DNA of 64,000 nt from Octopus sinensis (Eukaryota), in contig NC_042999.1 of NCBI RefSeq assembly GCF_006345805.1, positions 18,042,001 through 18,106,000 on the forward strand. Reading direction: 5' to 3'. A program made the position numbers and the translations under genes. Under the pieces are notes generated by a model that saw only the letters and a program-made list of their open reading frames with translations, ran no database searches and had not been told where the DNA came from. Shown here piece by piece: positions 13,005 to 25,156 of the stretch. Within the stretch, counting starts at the first letter, position 1. Each line of letters starts with the position of its first letter.

Positions 13005-13740
13005 GCTGCGAGCTGGCAGAGTGGTTACCGGTTCGGGAAAACATGCTTAGCAGCATTTCTTTGGATTTTACGTTCCGGGTTCAAATGTTCCTGGAATCAA
13101 ATTTGCCTTTCAGCATTTCAATAATTACCAGTTGAAAACTGCGGTCTATGTAATTGAGTTGTCCCCTCTCCTGAATTTGCTGGCCTTGCGCCAAAATTTA
13201 AAATCAACAATTATATACGTATATAATAGGCCAAGTCTGAAGAATCTTTAGCGCGTCGAAAAATATGCTTAGCGGCCTTTCATCTTGGTTCTGAGGTCGA
13301 ATTTACCTGTTATCATTTACGGTTTGATTATATAAGCACTAATCAAGCAACTGTCGAAGCTATTGACTAGCCCCGTCCCAGCAAATTTCAGGACTTACGT
13401 TTATGAGAGAAAGATATAATTATGTGTGTATATCTCAAACTTCGAGGGAGCCTGAACTTAGTTAAGGATGTTGAACTCATCATCACGAGATGGTGGTTCC
13501 AGTCTCTAGGCAGGCGGCTTGCGGCGTTGTGTTATTGAGTATAACACTTCCTTTCATGTCGCTATGCGATCACTACGACTCCTGACGCGTGGAACAACGA
13601 GCACCTCTTCAGGCAACGACCATTTGATGGAGCAAATGCCCAGCACAAAGATTTGATCGCTGTAAAGAAATCATTGGTGCAGATTGTTCAGCAAGAAATC
13701 GCAGAGCCGCATTTCTTGGATTACTAGAGACTACCATCGC
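13005..13740 (+). mobile_element. Cluster of old diverged SINEs (two family A-like, one group C-like)
   Basis: GCGAGCTGGCAG head with GGGTTCAAAT B-box; GAGGTCGAATTT..GGTTTGAT; TGTGTTATTGAGTATAACACTT. Confidence 0.55.
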
Positions 13741-14529
13741 TAACTCGAACCGATTATGTCGAGGTTTTGTTATCTATATTCGTAGTTCTAAACATGCTTC
13801 ATATTTTATATTTATTTATATATGTATTTAAATATAACCAATTCATTGTTCGCATAATTCATTATGTTTAGAAAACAACATGTGATTGTCATGTCAGTCA
13901 CTGTACTACTGAAGTAAAAAATTATACAAGAAGTGATATAATCCAAGCAATGGACTATTCAAATTATATGGAGTTATAATAAAAGTAGGATATGTGTTGT
14001 TGACGAGAAAGGCTCCTCTTTTCCTCTTTTCAGTTAGATAAAAGAGTAATATTTATGCAGTCTTTTTTTAGATATACTGTACGATAATCTGCTGTAGGCG
14101 TACTGCAATATCTGTATGATATCAGTAGGCGTATTGTTCAAGTGTACAAACAGATTAGTTTGGATTAGTGTGTAGATTTGCGTCATAAAAGAAGTCGTAT
14201 AAATAAACACTTGTGGTCAAATTTACAAAACAAGAAGAAATAAAAAAAATAGAGCGACTGGTTGTACTGATACGCCGCGATTATTAGAAATAATCTATTT
14301 GTGATAAAAATGATATATTAGATCTACTTAAGACGGTGACGTGAGGACTACTTTTCTTGAATGACGTATATGTTCATAATGCTTATCTAGAGCTTCTGCT
14401 CCGCACAAGTTATTTGCATAAGCGTTAAATTTTAGATCTTTTAACCCTACTACAAATAAATATATAACTGTTCCTCTTAGAGATTTGAAGTGGTCAAAAA
14501 TAACGCGATCCAATTCAGGTACAGTTATT

Positions 14530-14955
14530 GGATCTTTTCTGTTTGAACGGTAGTTTTTAACATAATTTCCACGTAACTAAAAAATTTTAAACTCCGTTTA
14601 CTGGTAGAACGTGTTTATAAAACATATTTTTCTCTTGGCTTTATTGAGGAAATTCTATAGTTTGTAAAATATTTGTTGTTTTTTTGTCTTCGATTTCTGC
14701 AATTTCAACCAATCAATGACTATCTATTGAGGTGAAAACATTTTGTGCCGTATGAATATGTCCCTCGTTTGAGAAACAGATTGGGTTTATTTACATTTCT
14801 GAAGAAAAAAGATAACCTTCCCCCTGCTCCTAACCCTAACCCTAACCCTAAAACAGATTGAAATGCAATAGATCGATACTAGTGTCATAATTATGGGTGA
14901 CAATTTCATATGACACCGCTAGATAAAAAAACTGCCGTTCAAACCGAAAAGATCC
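14530..14955. mobile_element. 426-bp non-autonomous TIR DNA transposon (MITE) with 8-bp TSD
   Basis: 29-bp TIRs GGATCTTTTCTGTTTGAACGGTAGTTTTT / AAAAACTGCCGTTCAAACCGAAAAGATCC (2 mismatches); TSD CAGTTATT at 14522-14529 and 14956-14963. Confidence 0.92.
14829..14851. repeat. Interstitial telomere-type (CCCTAA) repeat, about 4 units, inside the MITE
   Basis: CCTAACCCTAACCCTAACCCTAA read directly. Confidence 0.9.
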
Positions 14956-16533
14956 CAGTTATTACTTTTTCTAAGAATTGAAATAATGTCGGAGATAGAA
15001 ATAGAAAAGTGTTACAACAAAGTCTATACTAGTAGCAATATAAAATATCAAAACCAAATGTATAGTCAGTATGAGAATGTTAGCAGACATATATACTTGA
15101 TGATAGAATAAATGTAATCTTATTCAAGAAATATATTTGACCTTCCATTGTATTCCCATGATTAAAGCTAAGGTTAAGCAGCTTGACTAATTTCCTGGGA
15201 ATTGTACAACACAATGGGAATTATTGTATTATTCATTTTTACAAAGTAAATTTGAATTAATTTTCCTCCTGGACATTTAGCATAATAAATTGCTTTATGA
15301 AAAACAAATTTTATTATGAATAAATATCGATTTTGTAGGGGATGTTGTATAGTCAATCAAATCTGTCTTGTTTATTTGATATTTTCCTCGTATATTGTCA
15401 CCCTTAAGAGGACAAAGAAAAAAAAAAGAAACTTAAAATCCGTGTTATCTGAATTTAAATCATAGATAGACATTGAAATTTTAGATTCGAAAGCCGTTCC
15501 GTTACTTATAAATAAGTTACTGTGAACAAATATTAAGAATTCAGCAATTAAAAATTTAACACATGTTGAATAATATATAAGTTGCTAATAACATCTACAC
15601 TTCGTGTCAGCGAATAAAATTTTAAGATATATAATTTATTTCTATCACAAGACAAATTTGATGTTCAACTGTCGTATACAACATTTTTCTGAACAGCTTC
15701 GAACGCTACTTTCATTAAAAGAAGGTATATAATCAACTACATATTGTCATGGACAAGTGTTTTTCATATGCAATATAGTGAGTAGAAAAACCGATAATAA
15801 ATCGTAATGTCCACAGTGAACAGCTTATATATTCATCCTTAACAATTTCTAGCGTGAGTAGTCAAATCACTATTATGGTTAGATATTGGAGAACAATTTC
15901 GATTGATCATTGTTCGCCGCCAGATATCAATATGCATCATCAGATAATTTGGTGCTGAATATATAATCAAGAGTCACAAAATGCTGTTACATTTATTATT
16001 CGAGGGAACTTTGTTTGGTAGAGTACAACGAAAGAGATGACGTCCTAAAGATTTTTATGCATCTCAATCGAGCGGGTTATGAACACACATTCATCTAAAC
16101 GGTGTATGTGCTCTCCGATGAGGAAACCCAATAGCGATTACCACATTCTGTCGGAAATTAAAATAAATGAATACGTAAGGAATCGTGTGCGTATGTATGG
16201 CACTATAAAGTAGAGTATCTTAAAGGTAGAATTACAAATAGAAAATAGTTACAAATATTTTAAAATTTCGTGTTCGGTGAAACAAGATAATAAGGACTAA
16301 CCGAAATTATGATAAACTCGAGGACTAGATTATCCACGCCTGGTTGTTCATATATCTGGTCTTCTTACTAGAGGTAAGATGATAATTTTTGTTCGTTGAC
16401 TGTACACATTTTTGCGAGTATATATTCAGTGAAGCTTTACATAGGGTCGTACTGTTATCGACTGCTATTTCCAACAAACATTAGTGGCGTGTATAACGAT
16501 TATATATATATATGTATATATATGTATATATAT

Positions 16534-16589
<56 letters not shown>

Positions 16590-18612
16590 ATATATATACA
16601 TATATTAGTACAGCCATAACTAATGCGATAGAAGGAGCTAGTAAGCACCAGCGTTGGTAGAGATAAGAGTCAAAACAAAACATAACCACGTGAGTGCAGT
16701 TTTCTAACGACTAACAAAGGATGGAAGCCCGCGCTACTACGGCGACCGTGATGCAGTTATATCAGTGTTGTTTTCAGATTTGATTAATCGTCATCGGTGA
16801 CGCATTATTCGTCGCCGAGTGTTGAAGAACCTGACTGACTTACCCTGTCAGTCATATTGGGTACAATATAGGAAACACTGACTGCTTCAGAAAGTGGTGA
16901 ATTGAGAATTATATATTATCAAGGTGGCTATTTGCACCCTGTAACTACATGGTCGATTCATACATACATTGTCTTATCGAATTACCTAAATATTTCTATA
17001 TGAATTTGAAGCCTTTATCTCTTTCGTGATTCCTCGGTTACATCTGTGAATCGATGACGTTTATGTCACATACCGTCCTTTACCAAAAAAGAGTTCACCA
17101 TTATATTTCGTTTTTTGATTTGGTTTACAAGATTCTTTATACGAGTTCGTGTGTCGAAGCATATTTCGTTGTGTCTGGGGAGAATCACTTTCTTTCTGTG
17201 CCTTATAATGTAACACACTCACCGGTAAAATGTCCACGTACTTTGATTATGATTTGCGTAAATAATAATTTGCGTTATTTCAAAAGATCTGATACCTATT
17301 TATATGCATTTATTGGCAGGATTATCATATTTCAGATTACGTTAAGGCATATACTTAATTATAATAACAGATAATGAGAGAAGAAAGAAACATCGGTAAA
17401 GAGCAATAATATTTCATTACAAGATATTTAAAAACAACAATTAATCAATCACTTGACGGTTAATTTTAACTCCGTTTTCCAAAACAGTTGCATCGTTTAC
17501 GATGGGCAATTATTACAAATGTAGCCATCAATAACAACATTGCACACAAAAGTGCAAAGAGTACAAACATAGAGAGTAAAGAAAATTATTTTTGAATAAT
17601 TTATTTATAATTATCGCAATTTCAATAATATATGTTATGCCTCATTTTGAACATAGAACATGACACCTCATGTCAAATATTTATGCTTGCAATAAAGTGT
17701 GAATAATAAACTATGTATCTTAATAAATTGCTTTGGATATATTTAGAATCAATCTTGGGAAATTATGAATTCTTAATATAATTTTTGAAATGTAAAACCC
17801 ACAAATAATTTGTAAAAGATTTAAAAAAAACAACAGTTTTTCATGAAATTTGAATATTTTGAATTGTTAACAATCCGATTCATGAATTTTAATTTAAATG
17901 TTAAAACAGATGAGTAAAAAAAAATATTTCAAGATATTACAATATAAATATTTGATGCTTGCCTTAATTTCTATTTCAAAATTTCATCGTTTATCACACA
18001 TTTTTTAATTGTTATTGAAGGAACTCTACCACCTGCGCGAGAACGCACCTATGTAAATAAAACATAAAATGCATATATTTTGCTGATACCCATAGCCAAT
18101 AATCTGCAATGGAAAACATACAGGAGCTTATAAATCGCTTATAAATATGCACATGTATGCACGTATCAGCTCATGGATATAAAGGATAATTGGTGCGCAC
18201 GACCGTATATCCATGATCAAAATCCTTGCGCACGTTATTCATGTTATAAGGTTAGGTATATTACTTACATACGTAAGCACAAGTTTCGTATAAATTATTT
18301 TGTAGCTGAAAAGAGACTTCTGAGATATTCTGATTGTTTTGAAATCTTTCCGCATGGTGATACGTTTTATCACGAAGTGTTTGGACTATGAAAATACTAT
18401 TAATGCTACAATGTCACATAAAGTTTGAGGTTTCCCTTACTTTTCGTATGAGATGCCAAATTCCTTTCTCTATTCATTCAGAATCCACAAATAATATAGC
18501 ATGCCACTTACCGATTCCAGGGAAGGTTAGATTCATTTGAGTAGAGTATTTTCATAGCGCTACCTCAGCCTCGACATATTCTATTGACTATTTCTCCCTC
18601 TCTCTCTCTCTC

Positions 18613-19455
18613 TCTTTGTATATATATATATATTATATACAATCCGTTCTGTCCGTGTGTGTGTCTTCTAGGATCTCTGTCATCCTCCATCCGATTGCGC
18701 TCAAATTTGATAGGTAGATACCGACGGTATCAGGGCGTATTTAAGTCTGGCAAAAATTACAAAAATCGATTCCAGGTGAGAATGCGATCTATAAAGCCGT
18801 GGCAACGTGTATTTGTACGCGCAAGTATATCAGGAATGCGGTTTACAAGGCTTCGTTCCACTAGCTTTCCCATGCTCTTGATCATCCCTTAAAGTAAGTT
18901 AGTTAAAATTAGTTACTTACTTCCCTAGGTTGTTGCATTACATCAAAATTCGCCCCAAGTTGTTTTCCGACATAGTTTATCGGATAAACCTATTATTGTC
19001 CCAGGTACGTTCTCATAAATTTATCATGCGTTTCCATCTAGATTTACCTCTAGCTAACCCATTTGCATGCATGGATTTTTCCTGCTTTGCTTCCGACAAT
19101 CTGTACATAACTGCACCTTCCATTTTTTTGTTGTTTTTGTGCTGCTTAAAGACACGTTTCTTTCCTGTCAAGCTTACTATTTAAACCATGTTTGTGTTCT
19201 CCCAGTTAACAGCCTTATTATTACTGGTACTTTAAACTTTTCCGGTGCATATTTGTGTGAATAAAATCGTTTTACTTTGGAATAGAAAAGAGTTTCTCTT
19301 TATTTCTTTTTTCGCTGGTGTCTCAAATTTAGGTTACATCAGTGTTTCTCAAAAGAGAGGCCTATGAGACGGTCGGACAAGTTGCTTTGAGAAAATTTGG
19401 TTTAAATGTTTGACAACTCAGCACCGTCCATTTGACGGGGAGGGGCGTTTTGCTC

Positions 19456-19457
<2 letters not shown>
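18613..19457 (+). mobile_element. Probable non-autonomous Helitron
   Basis: TA-rich 5' start followed by GTCCGTGTGTGTGTC..CCGATTGCGCTCAAATTTG; 3' hairpin CCGTC-CATTT-GACGG (19424-19438) followed by CTCG|T (CTRR-like end). The 5' boundary is approximate. Confidence 0.5.
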
Positions 19458-19501
<44 letters not shown>

Positions 19502-19505
<4 letters not shown>

Positions 19506-19745
19506 AAACATGTCAGAATAGAAAATGCTAAAATAATTTTATAAAGAACATTTCAGTACCGGTTTCATTCATACCTTTTCAACTGTAACAATTAAATAAT
19601 TAAATTTAGAAAAATTCAAAATAATTTTTTTTAAAAGAATATTTGTATAGTGTTCAAATATAAGTGGCATTTTCCTTGTTTCTGCCTTTCTCTGTCTCTC
19701 TTGTTTACACTTGTGGGTTCGAGGTCGTTGTGAATTCTTTGTTTA
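19502..19745 (-). mobile_element. (TA)n-flanked Penelope-like terminal-repeat fragment with decayed U3-A8 hammerhead
   Basis: Minus strand reads CAG-TTGAAAA-GGTATGAAT-GAAA-CCGG-TA-CTG (19554-19585); 19625-19725 recurs at ~38008-38110. Confidence 0.55.
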
Positions 19746-20554
19746 TATATGTATATATATATATATATAAACATATATATTAACACACACGAACACACAT
19801 ATACTCACACAAATATGTATATGGCTTTGTGCATCTGCGCATAACGCATACGTGTTCGTGAGAGTAGTTGTCCCTGAATATGTTTCAGTGTTTCTATTTT
19901 GTATAATAACGTAAATTTCTGTAAATAGCTGAAAGTGGTTGATCTCGTAAAAGTAATTTTATTGAACTGATCTATTAATAGAGATCGATAAAACAGGTAC
20001 CGTACAAAGTTATGTATCCCATATAATTGAGCAGAAGCATTAAATACAGAGAGAATGCCGAATTTTATTCATTAATCCGTTTTTCCTGGAACGAAAAATA
20101 ATTAGTATTCAGACAATCCGGCTCGGGATAAATTTTGCGCAGAACGGATAAATCGCTAGATTTTCATATTCGCGTGTGTAATTAAATATATTTGCAACGA
20201 GAATATTTACATAATCGCTGCACTCATGCTCCCAATTGATTTAGCATTTCTCTATCGTAAATAGAAGCGCCATTTATGTGCCCACATTGAATATGTTATA
20301 TAAATTGCATTAGAATGGTGCTCCTAAATGTAATAAAGCGGATTTTAAGCCAAGATGTATGAAGAACAGGAATGTATACATCCATTTAAATATATAGTAT
20401 ACTCCTTACTCGTAAGATGCAAAACTATGGCGCATTTATTTACACAGAAACTCCTTTCCATTAGGACGTATACGTATATCTTTTAAGGCATTGAATATTG
20501 ATGAGCCATTCTGCACACTATGTGATTAGACGCGTATACATAGAAAAATATATA

Positions 20555-20706
20555 TGGTTGTGTGGTAAGTAGATTCTTTACCAGCCACATGGTTCCGGGT
20601 TCAGTCCCACTGCGTGGCACCTTGGGCAAGTGTCTTCTACTATAGCCTCGGGCCGACCAAAGCCTTGTGAGTGGATTTGGTAGACGGAAACTGAAAGAAG
20701 CCCGTC

Positions 20707-20745
<39 letters not shown>

Positions 20746-20957
20746 TGTGTGTTTGTGTGTCTGTGTTTGTCCCCCTAGCATTGCTTGACAACCGATGCTT
20801 GTGTGTTTATGTCCCCGTTACTTAGCGGTTCGGCAAAAGAGACCGATAGAATAAGTACTGGGTTTACAAAAGAATAAGTCCCGGGGTCGATTTGCTCGAC
20901 TAAAAAGGTGGTGCTCCAGCATGGCCGCAGTCAAATGACTGAAACAAGTAAAAGAGT
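20555..20957 (+). mobile_element. SINE family B with internal (TA)n/(TG)n microsatellite
   Basis: tRNA-like head TGTGTGGTAAG..GGGTTCAGTCCC, CORE-like GCACCTTGGGCAAGTGTCTT, tail CATGGCCGCAGTCAAATGACTGAAACAAGTAAAAGAG; copies at 28174 and 61932. Confidence 0.9.
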
Positions 20958-21267
20958 ATATATATATATATATAAGTTTAAAATAATGATCATAACATAT
21001 AATTTCTATATTAAAGCAAACCTGTCTTACAGCTGTTTCCAGTAATCATTATAGGTATATTACTTATAGTTTTATTCAATTGATCAATTAAGGTAAATTG
21101 AAGAACCCAAGAAGATTTATGCTACTTTCGTCAGATCCATTGCTGGAAATAACAAGATGAGCACAATAAGAATGGTTATTTTATATAGAAGGTGGGGGAA
21201 GATTTCGATGTTTAAGCAGAATAGGTGAAGGCAGGTTACAATGTGTTGGGAGCAATCGAGGGAGTGA

Positions 21268-21438
21268 TAGCAACAACAGCAGCAGCAGCAGTAGCAATAG
21301 TAGTAGTAGTAGCAATAGTAGTAGCAGTAGCAATAGTAGTAGTAGTAGTAGTAGTGGCAGTAGTAGTAATCGTAGTAGTAGTAGTGGTGGTGGTAGTAGT
21401 TGTTGTTGTAGTAGTTGTAGTAGTAGTAGTAGTAGTAG
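21268..21438. repeat. (GTA/GCA)n trinucleotide microsatellite
   Basis: Read directly. Confidence 0.95.
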
Positions 21439-21714
21439 ATTGCCAAATTTGGAAGAGAGTCACAAACATAGGTCGGAAACCATTACACTATTAGCATTGT
21501 ATAGAGGTAATATATTCTCCAGTCGATGTGATGAAATTTAATATGGGCTTTTCATAAATGTGGATGAGTCTAAGTCAGTAATTTTGAGCTTTTAATGTAG
21601 AATTCTTTAACAGTCCTGTTAGAGAATTATAGTGAACTTGCAGAGTAAATTGTTATAAACAATTATGATGAACGTATCAGCAACAACAACAACAATATGA
21701 ATAATATCAATAAA

Positions 21715-21945
21715 TTGCTTTATTGCCCATCAGGGGCTAAAAATAGATGGGACAAACAAGGACAGACAAAGAATTTAAGTCGATTAAATCGACCCCAGTG
21801 CGAAACTGTTACTATATTTATGGACCCCGAAAGGATGAAAGGCAATGTCGACCTCGGCGTAATTTGAACGCAGAACGTAACTACAGACGCAATACCGCTA
21901 AGCATCTCACCCGGCGCGCTGACGTTTCTGCCAGCTCTCAGCCTT
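21715..21945 (-). mobile_element. SINE family A
   Basis: Same body and head as 12192-12424. Confidence 0.85.
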
Positions 21946-22774
21946 ATATCAATACCAATAATATTAACACAATCACCATCCGGTAATCTTATAAATTATA
22001 ACAGAAAGAACAATACAACTGGCCATGAGACAATAATATAACAACGATAAGAGAGTAATAGCTCCATATATTGGTTGAAAGTAGAAAATTCTAGTTAAAA
22101 TAAGATATTAAAATCTTAAAGGAATAAAATAAAACAGAAATAAATAATACTTTAAAAACATATTTTAAGGCTTCCGGTGCAATTTGGCATGAGTGTTAAT
22201 CTGAATTGTCAGGTTCTATGATTCAGAGTCGCACCTAAATTTCTATTACTTTTTACATTCTTGCAATATCGTCTCCTTTGTTATTATAATGACGTGTAGG
22301 TATTTTGTGTGTGGCTTTTGGTTAATCCTTCCGCGCAATCAGCAAGATATGAAACGGAATATTTTCACCTGTAGAATGTCCCCAGAAAAAAACCTTCAGC
22401 TGTTCAAAACACCACTCAGTATCATTCATATCTTGCGCAAAAGCTATTTCTGAGTCCAAATTCCGCCGAGGTCGACTTTGCCCATCATCGTTTCGGTATC
22501 GATAAATTAAGTACCAGTTGCATAGTAGTGTCGATCTAATTGACTAGACCCCTTCCCTCTAAATTTCGGGACTTGTGCCTAGAGTAGAAACGAAAACAGA
22601 AGCTGTTTGCCCGAACCTGCCTCTTACAAATGTTGCTTTAGAACTTATAGCAAAATGTCATTGCTACATGTTTTAACAGGTGTTACCAGACCTTCTAGGC
22701 TTTGGTCTTCTCTAGCAACCAGCTTCAGATAGACCATATAAAACAGATGGTTTATTGTCGTATTATTATTATTA

Positions 22775-22840
<66 letters not shown>

Positions 22841-22844
22841 TATT

Positions 22845-23293
22845 CAGTAGTTTTATTTTTATAGCGTGCTTTCACCTCACTACCGAGCGCAGCTCTGTGT
22901 GCCTTGGGTATGTGCTGTGGTTTGTTGTGATGCTCTGATGATTATTGTATGGAAAGTGTTCTGCGTAGGATGTGTGCAGTGCCTAGTAGTGCAATTTTCT
23001 GTATGTTATATGTGTTTGTAAGTCCTGGTGCTTTTGTTATGTATTTGCCTGAATATTTTTTATCATGCCTAATGCACCTACTATGATAGGAATTGTTTCT
23101 GTTATCAGATTCCACATTCTAGTTAGCTCTATTTCCAGGTTTTTGTATTTTGAGAGTTTCTCCATTTCTTTTAGAGACACGTTGTCATCAGCCGGTATTG
23201 ATACATCAATTAGAAAGCATTTTTTTCTTCATGGTCTCTGACAACTATATCTGGTCTGTTGGCCTTAATTTCTCTATCTGTGTGTATCGGCAT
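22845..23293 (-). mobile_element. 5'-truncated R4/Dong-clade retrotransposon (restriction-like endonuclease C-terminus plus 3' UTR)
   Basis: Minus strand, after correcting two 1-nt frameshifts in A-runs: MPIHTDREIKANRPDIVVRDHEEKKCFLIDVSIPADDNVSLKEMEKLSKYKNLEIELTRMW..IPIIVGALG..LLGTAHILRRTLSIQ*, a PD..D RLE motif. Flanked by TAA repeats on both sides. Confidence 0.9.
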
Positions 23294-23391
23294 TATTATT
23301 ATTATTATTATTATTATTACTACTATTATTATAATTATTATTATTATTATTATTATTATTAAAATTATCATTATTATTATTATTATTATTA

Positions 23392-23737
23392 CTTTTTTTT
23401 TCTTCTTTCAAATTTTCTTCCATTTCTTGCCGAGTGTCTTCCCGACTCCTAGGGCAAAGAAACTCATAGTGTATATTGGTAGGCCATTAAACCAAACTCA
23501 GTAGTTCGTTCATTTATTTTTTTTTTTTAAAGTTAAATTAAAATACATGAGCAGCAACAGTTCTCACATCGACAATGCTCTTCTCAATACGTGTGATGTA
23601 CCAGTTAAGACAATCTTTTGCACTTCTTGCAGGGATGGTAAGCCAGGGATCATTCTCATATAATTTTCGGTTCCCTTCTTGATCATTCCTAGTGCTCCTA
23701 CGATCACTGGTATTGTAACCGCCTTGAGATGCCACAT
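23392..23737 (-). mobile_element. 5'-truncated R4/Dong-clade retrotransposon, second subfamily
   Basis: MWHLKAVTIPVIVGALGMIKKG..IPGLPSLQEVQKIVLTGTSHVLRRALSM* (stop 23564-23566) plus ~170 bp 3' UTR, in TAA repeats. Confidence 0.9.
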
Positions 23738-23741
23738 TATT

Positions 23742-23784
<43 letters not shown>

Positions 23785-23848
23785 TTGTTATTATTAATAT
23801 CATTATTATCATAATTATTATTACTGCTACTACTATTATTATTATTAC

Positions 23849-23882
<34 letters not shown>

Positions 23883-23923
23883 TTTATTACTATTACTATT
23901 ACTATTATCATTATCATTATTAA

Positions 23924-23964
<41 letters not shown>

Positions 23965-23965
<1 letters not shown>

Positions 23966-24032
23966 TTTTTTTTCTTCTTTCAAATTTGCTTCCATTTCTT
24001 GCCGAGTGTCTTCCCGACTTCTAGGGCAAAGA
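23965..24032 (-). mobile_element. Extreme 3' end (68 bp) of the same R4/Dong subfamily
   Basis: Nearly identical to 23392-23460 (CTTCTTTCAAATT..CTTGCCGAGTGTCTTCCCGACT.CTAGGGCAAAGA). Confidence 0.85.
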
Positions 24033-24052
24033 GTAAATTATTATTATTATTA

Positions 24053-24086
<34 letters not shown>

Positions 24087-24108
24087 GTTATTGTTATTAT
24101 TATTATTA

Positions 24109-24143
<35 letters not shown>

Positions 24144-24152
24144 TACTATTAC

Positions 24153-24195
<43 letters not shown>

Positions 24196-25156
24196 TTCTG
24201 TATCGATGTTGCTCTTGTATTTGCATGAACTAATCGCCAAATCCACTTGTTCTTTGCATTTACTGTGGTTTACAGCAACGCTTTCGTAGATTTGTTCTGT
24301 ATATTTTTACCAGTAACCCGAAAAACTACCAGTTGCCATTTTGGTTTTCAATTTTGTTAAGGTCTTTATCGATGTTTTCTATTGAAATATATGTTCAAAA
24401 AATAGAAGCAACACTACATCGACAGGTATTTCGTCATGATATCAGAGAGGTATAAATAGTTTTTGGAACGGCATTTTTATCGCTCACTTCGTTTTGTGTT
24501 GCCATATCAGTAAAATATCTCCCATGGCAACAAACGTGCACGAGATAGAAGCAAAAAACCCACCCAGGTTGATATAAAAACTGCGGAAAATGCAAGATAG
24601 TAGTGGCTTCATCATATCTACCAACCCATCTGATAATTCACTACTATTGCCATCAACAACACTTCAAATATCAACACTGCCATCATAAATAACGCCAATG
24701 CTGCGCTTAGTAAACCAATTGTTGTTAACGGTTTAGGTGACGCGGCTAAAATAAAAATATCTATAAATCGATCGCTGTAGTATTTGAAGAACACCAGGAA
24801 TTTCCTAATTGAGTTAGATCAAGTTAGAAAGAACATTATTGTTAAGTATACCTCAGTACATTCAGGTGCACACAAATAAATGTATAATAGATAATTCTAT
24901 AATAGCGAACTCAAGGGAAAGTAGAGGGAGCGACAGAAATCCAAGTACATGAAATAATTTCAAACAAGGGTGCATCGCTTCAGATAAACATTTCGACACG
25001 CAAGATGTGAAACATCAAATCGATGATGAGGCTAACAATTATTCTTTAAAATCACTGAAGTGTGAGGAACTGCTACTCCTCACATATGTATAAATCGATC
25101 GGCATTTAGCAAACATAGATATATAGAAATAATGAAATATATGTATATACATATAG

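Larger units (their letters stand above)
22761..24195. repeat. Large (ATT)n/(TAA)n array interrupted by three retroelement inserts
   Basis: Read directly. Confidence 0.95.

Noticed and set aside
23564-24289. Long poly-Ile/Tyr ORFs
   Set aside because: Translations of (ATT)n; only the last 57 codons of the 23564-23995 minus ORF are real R4 sequence.
24520-25156. Possible LINE ORF1 or 5' region upstream of the CR1 element
   Set aside because: No continuous frame or motif; the endonuclease begins mid-domain after a TA-rich stretch, so the LINE appears 5'-truncated.
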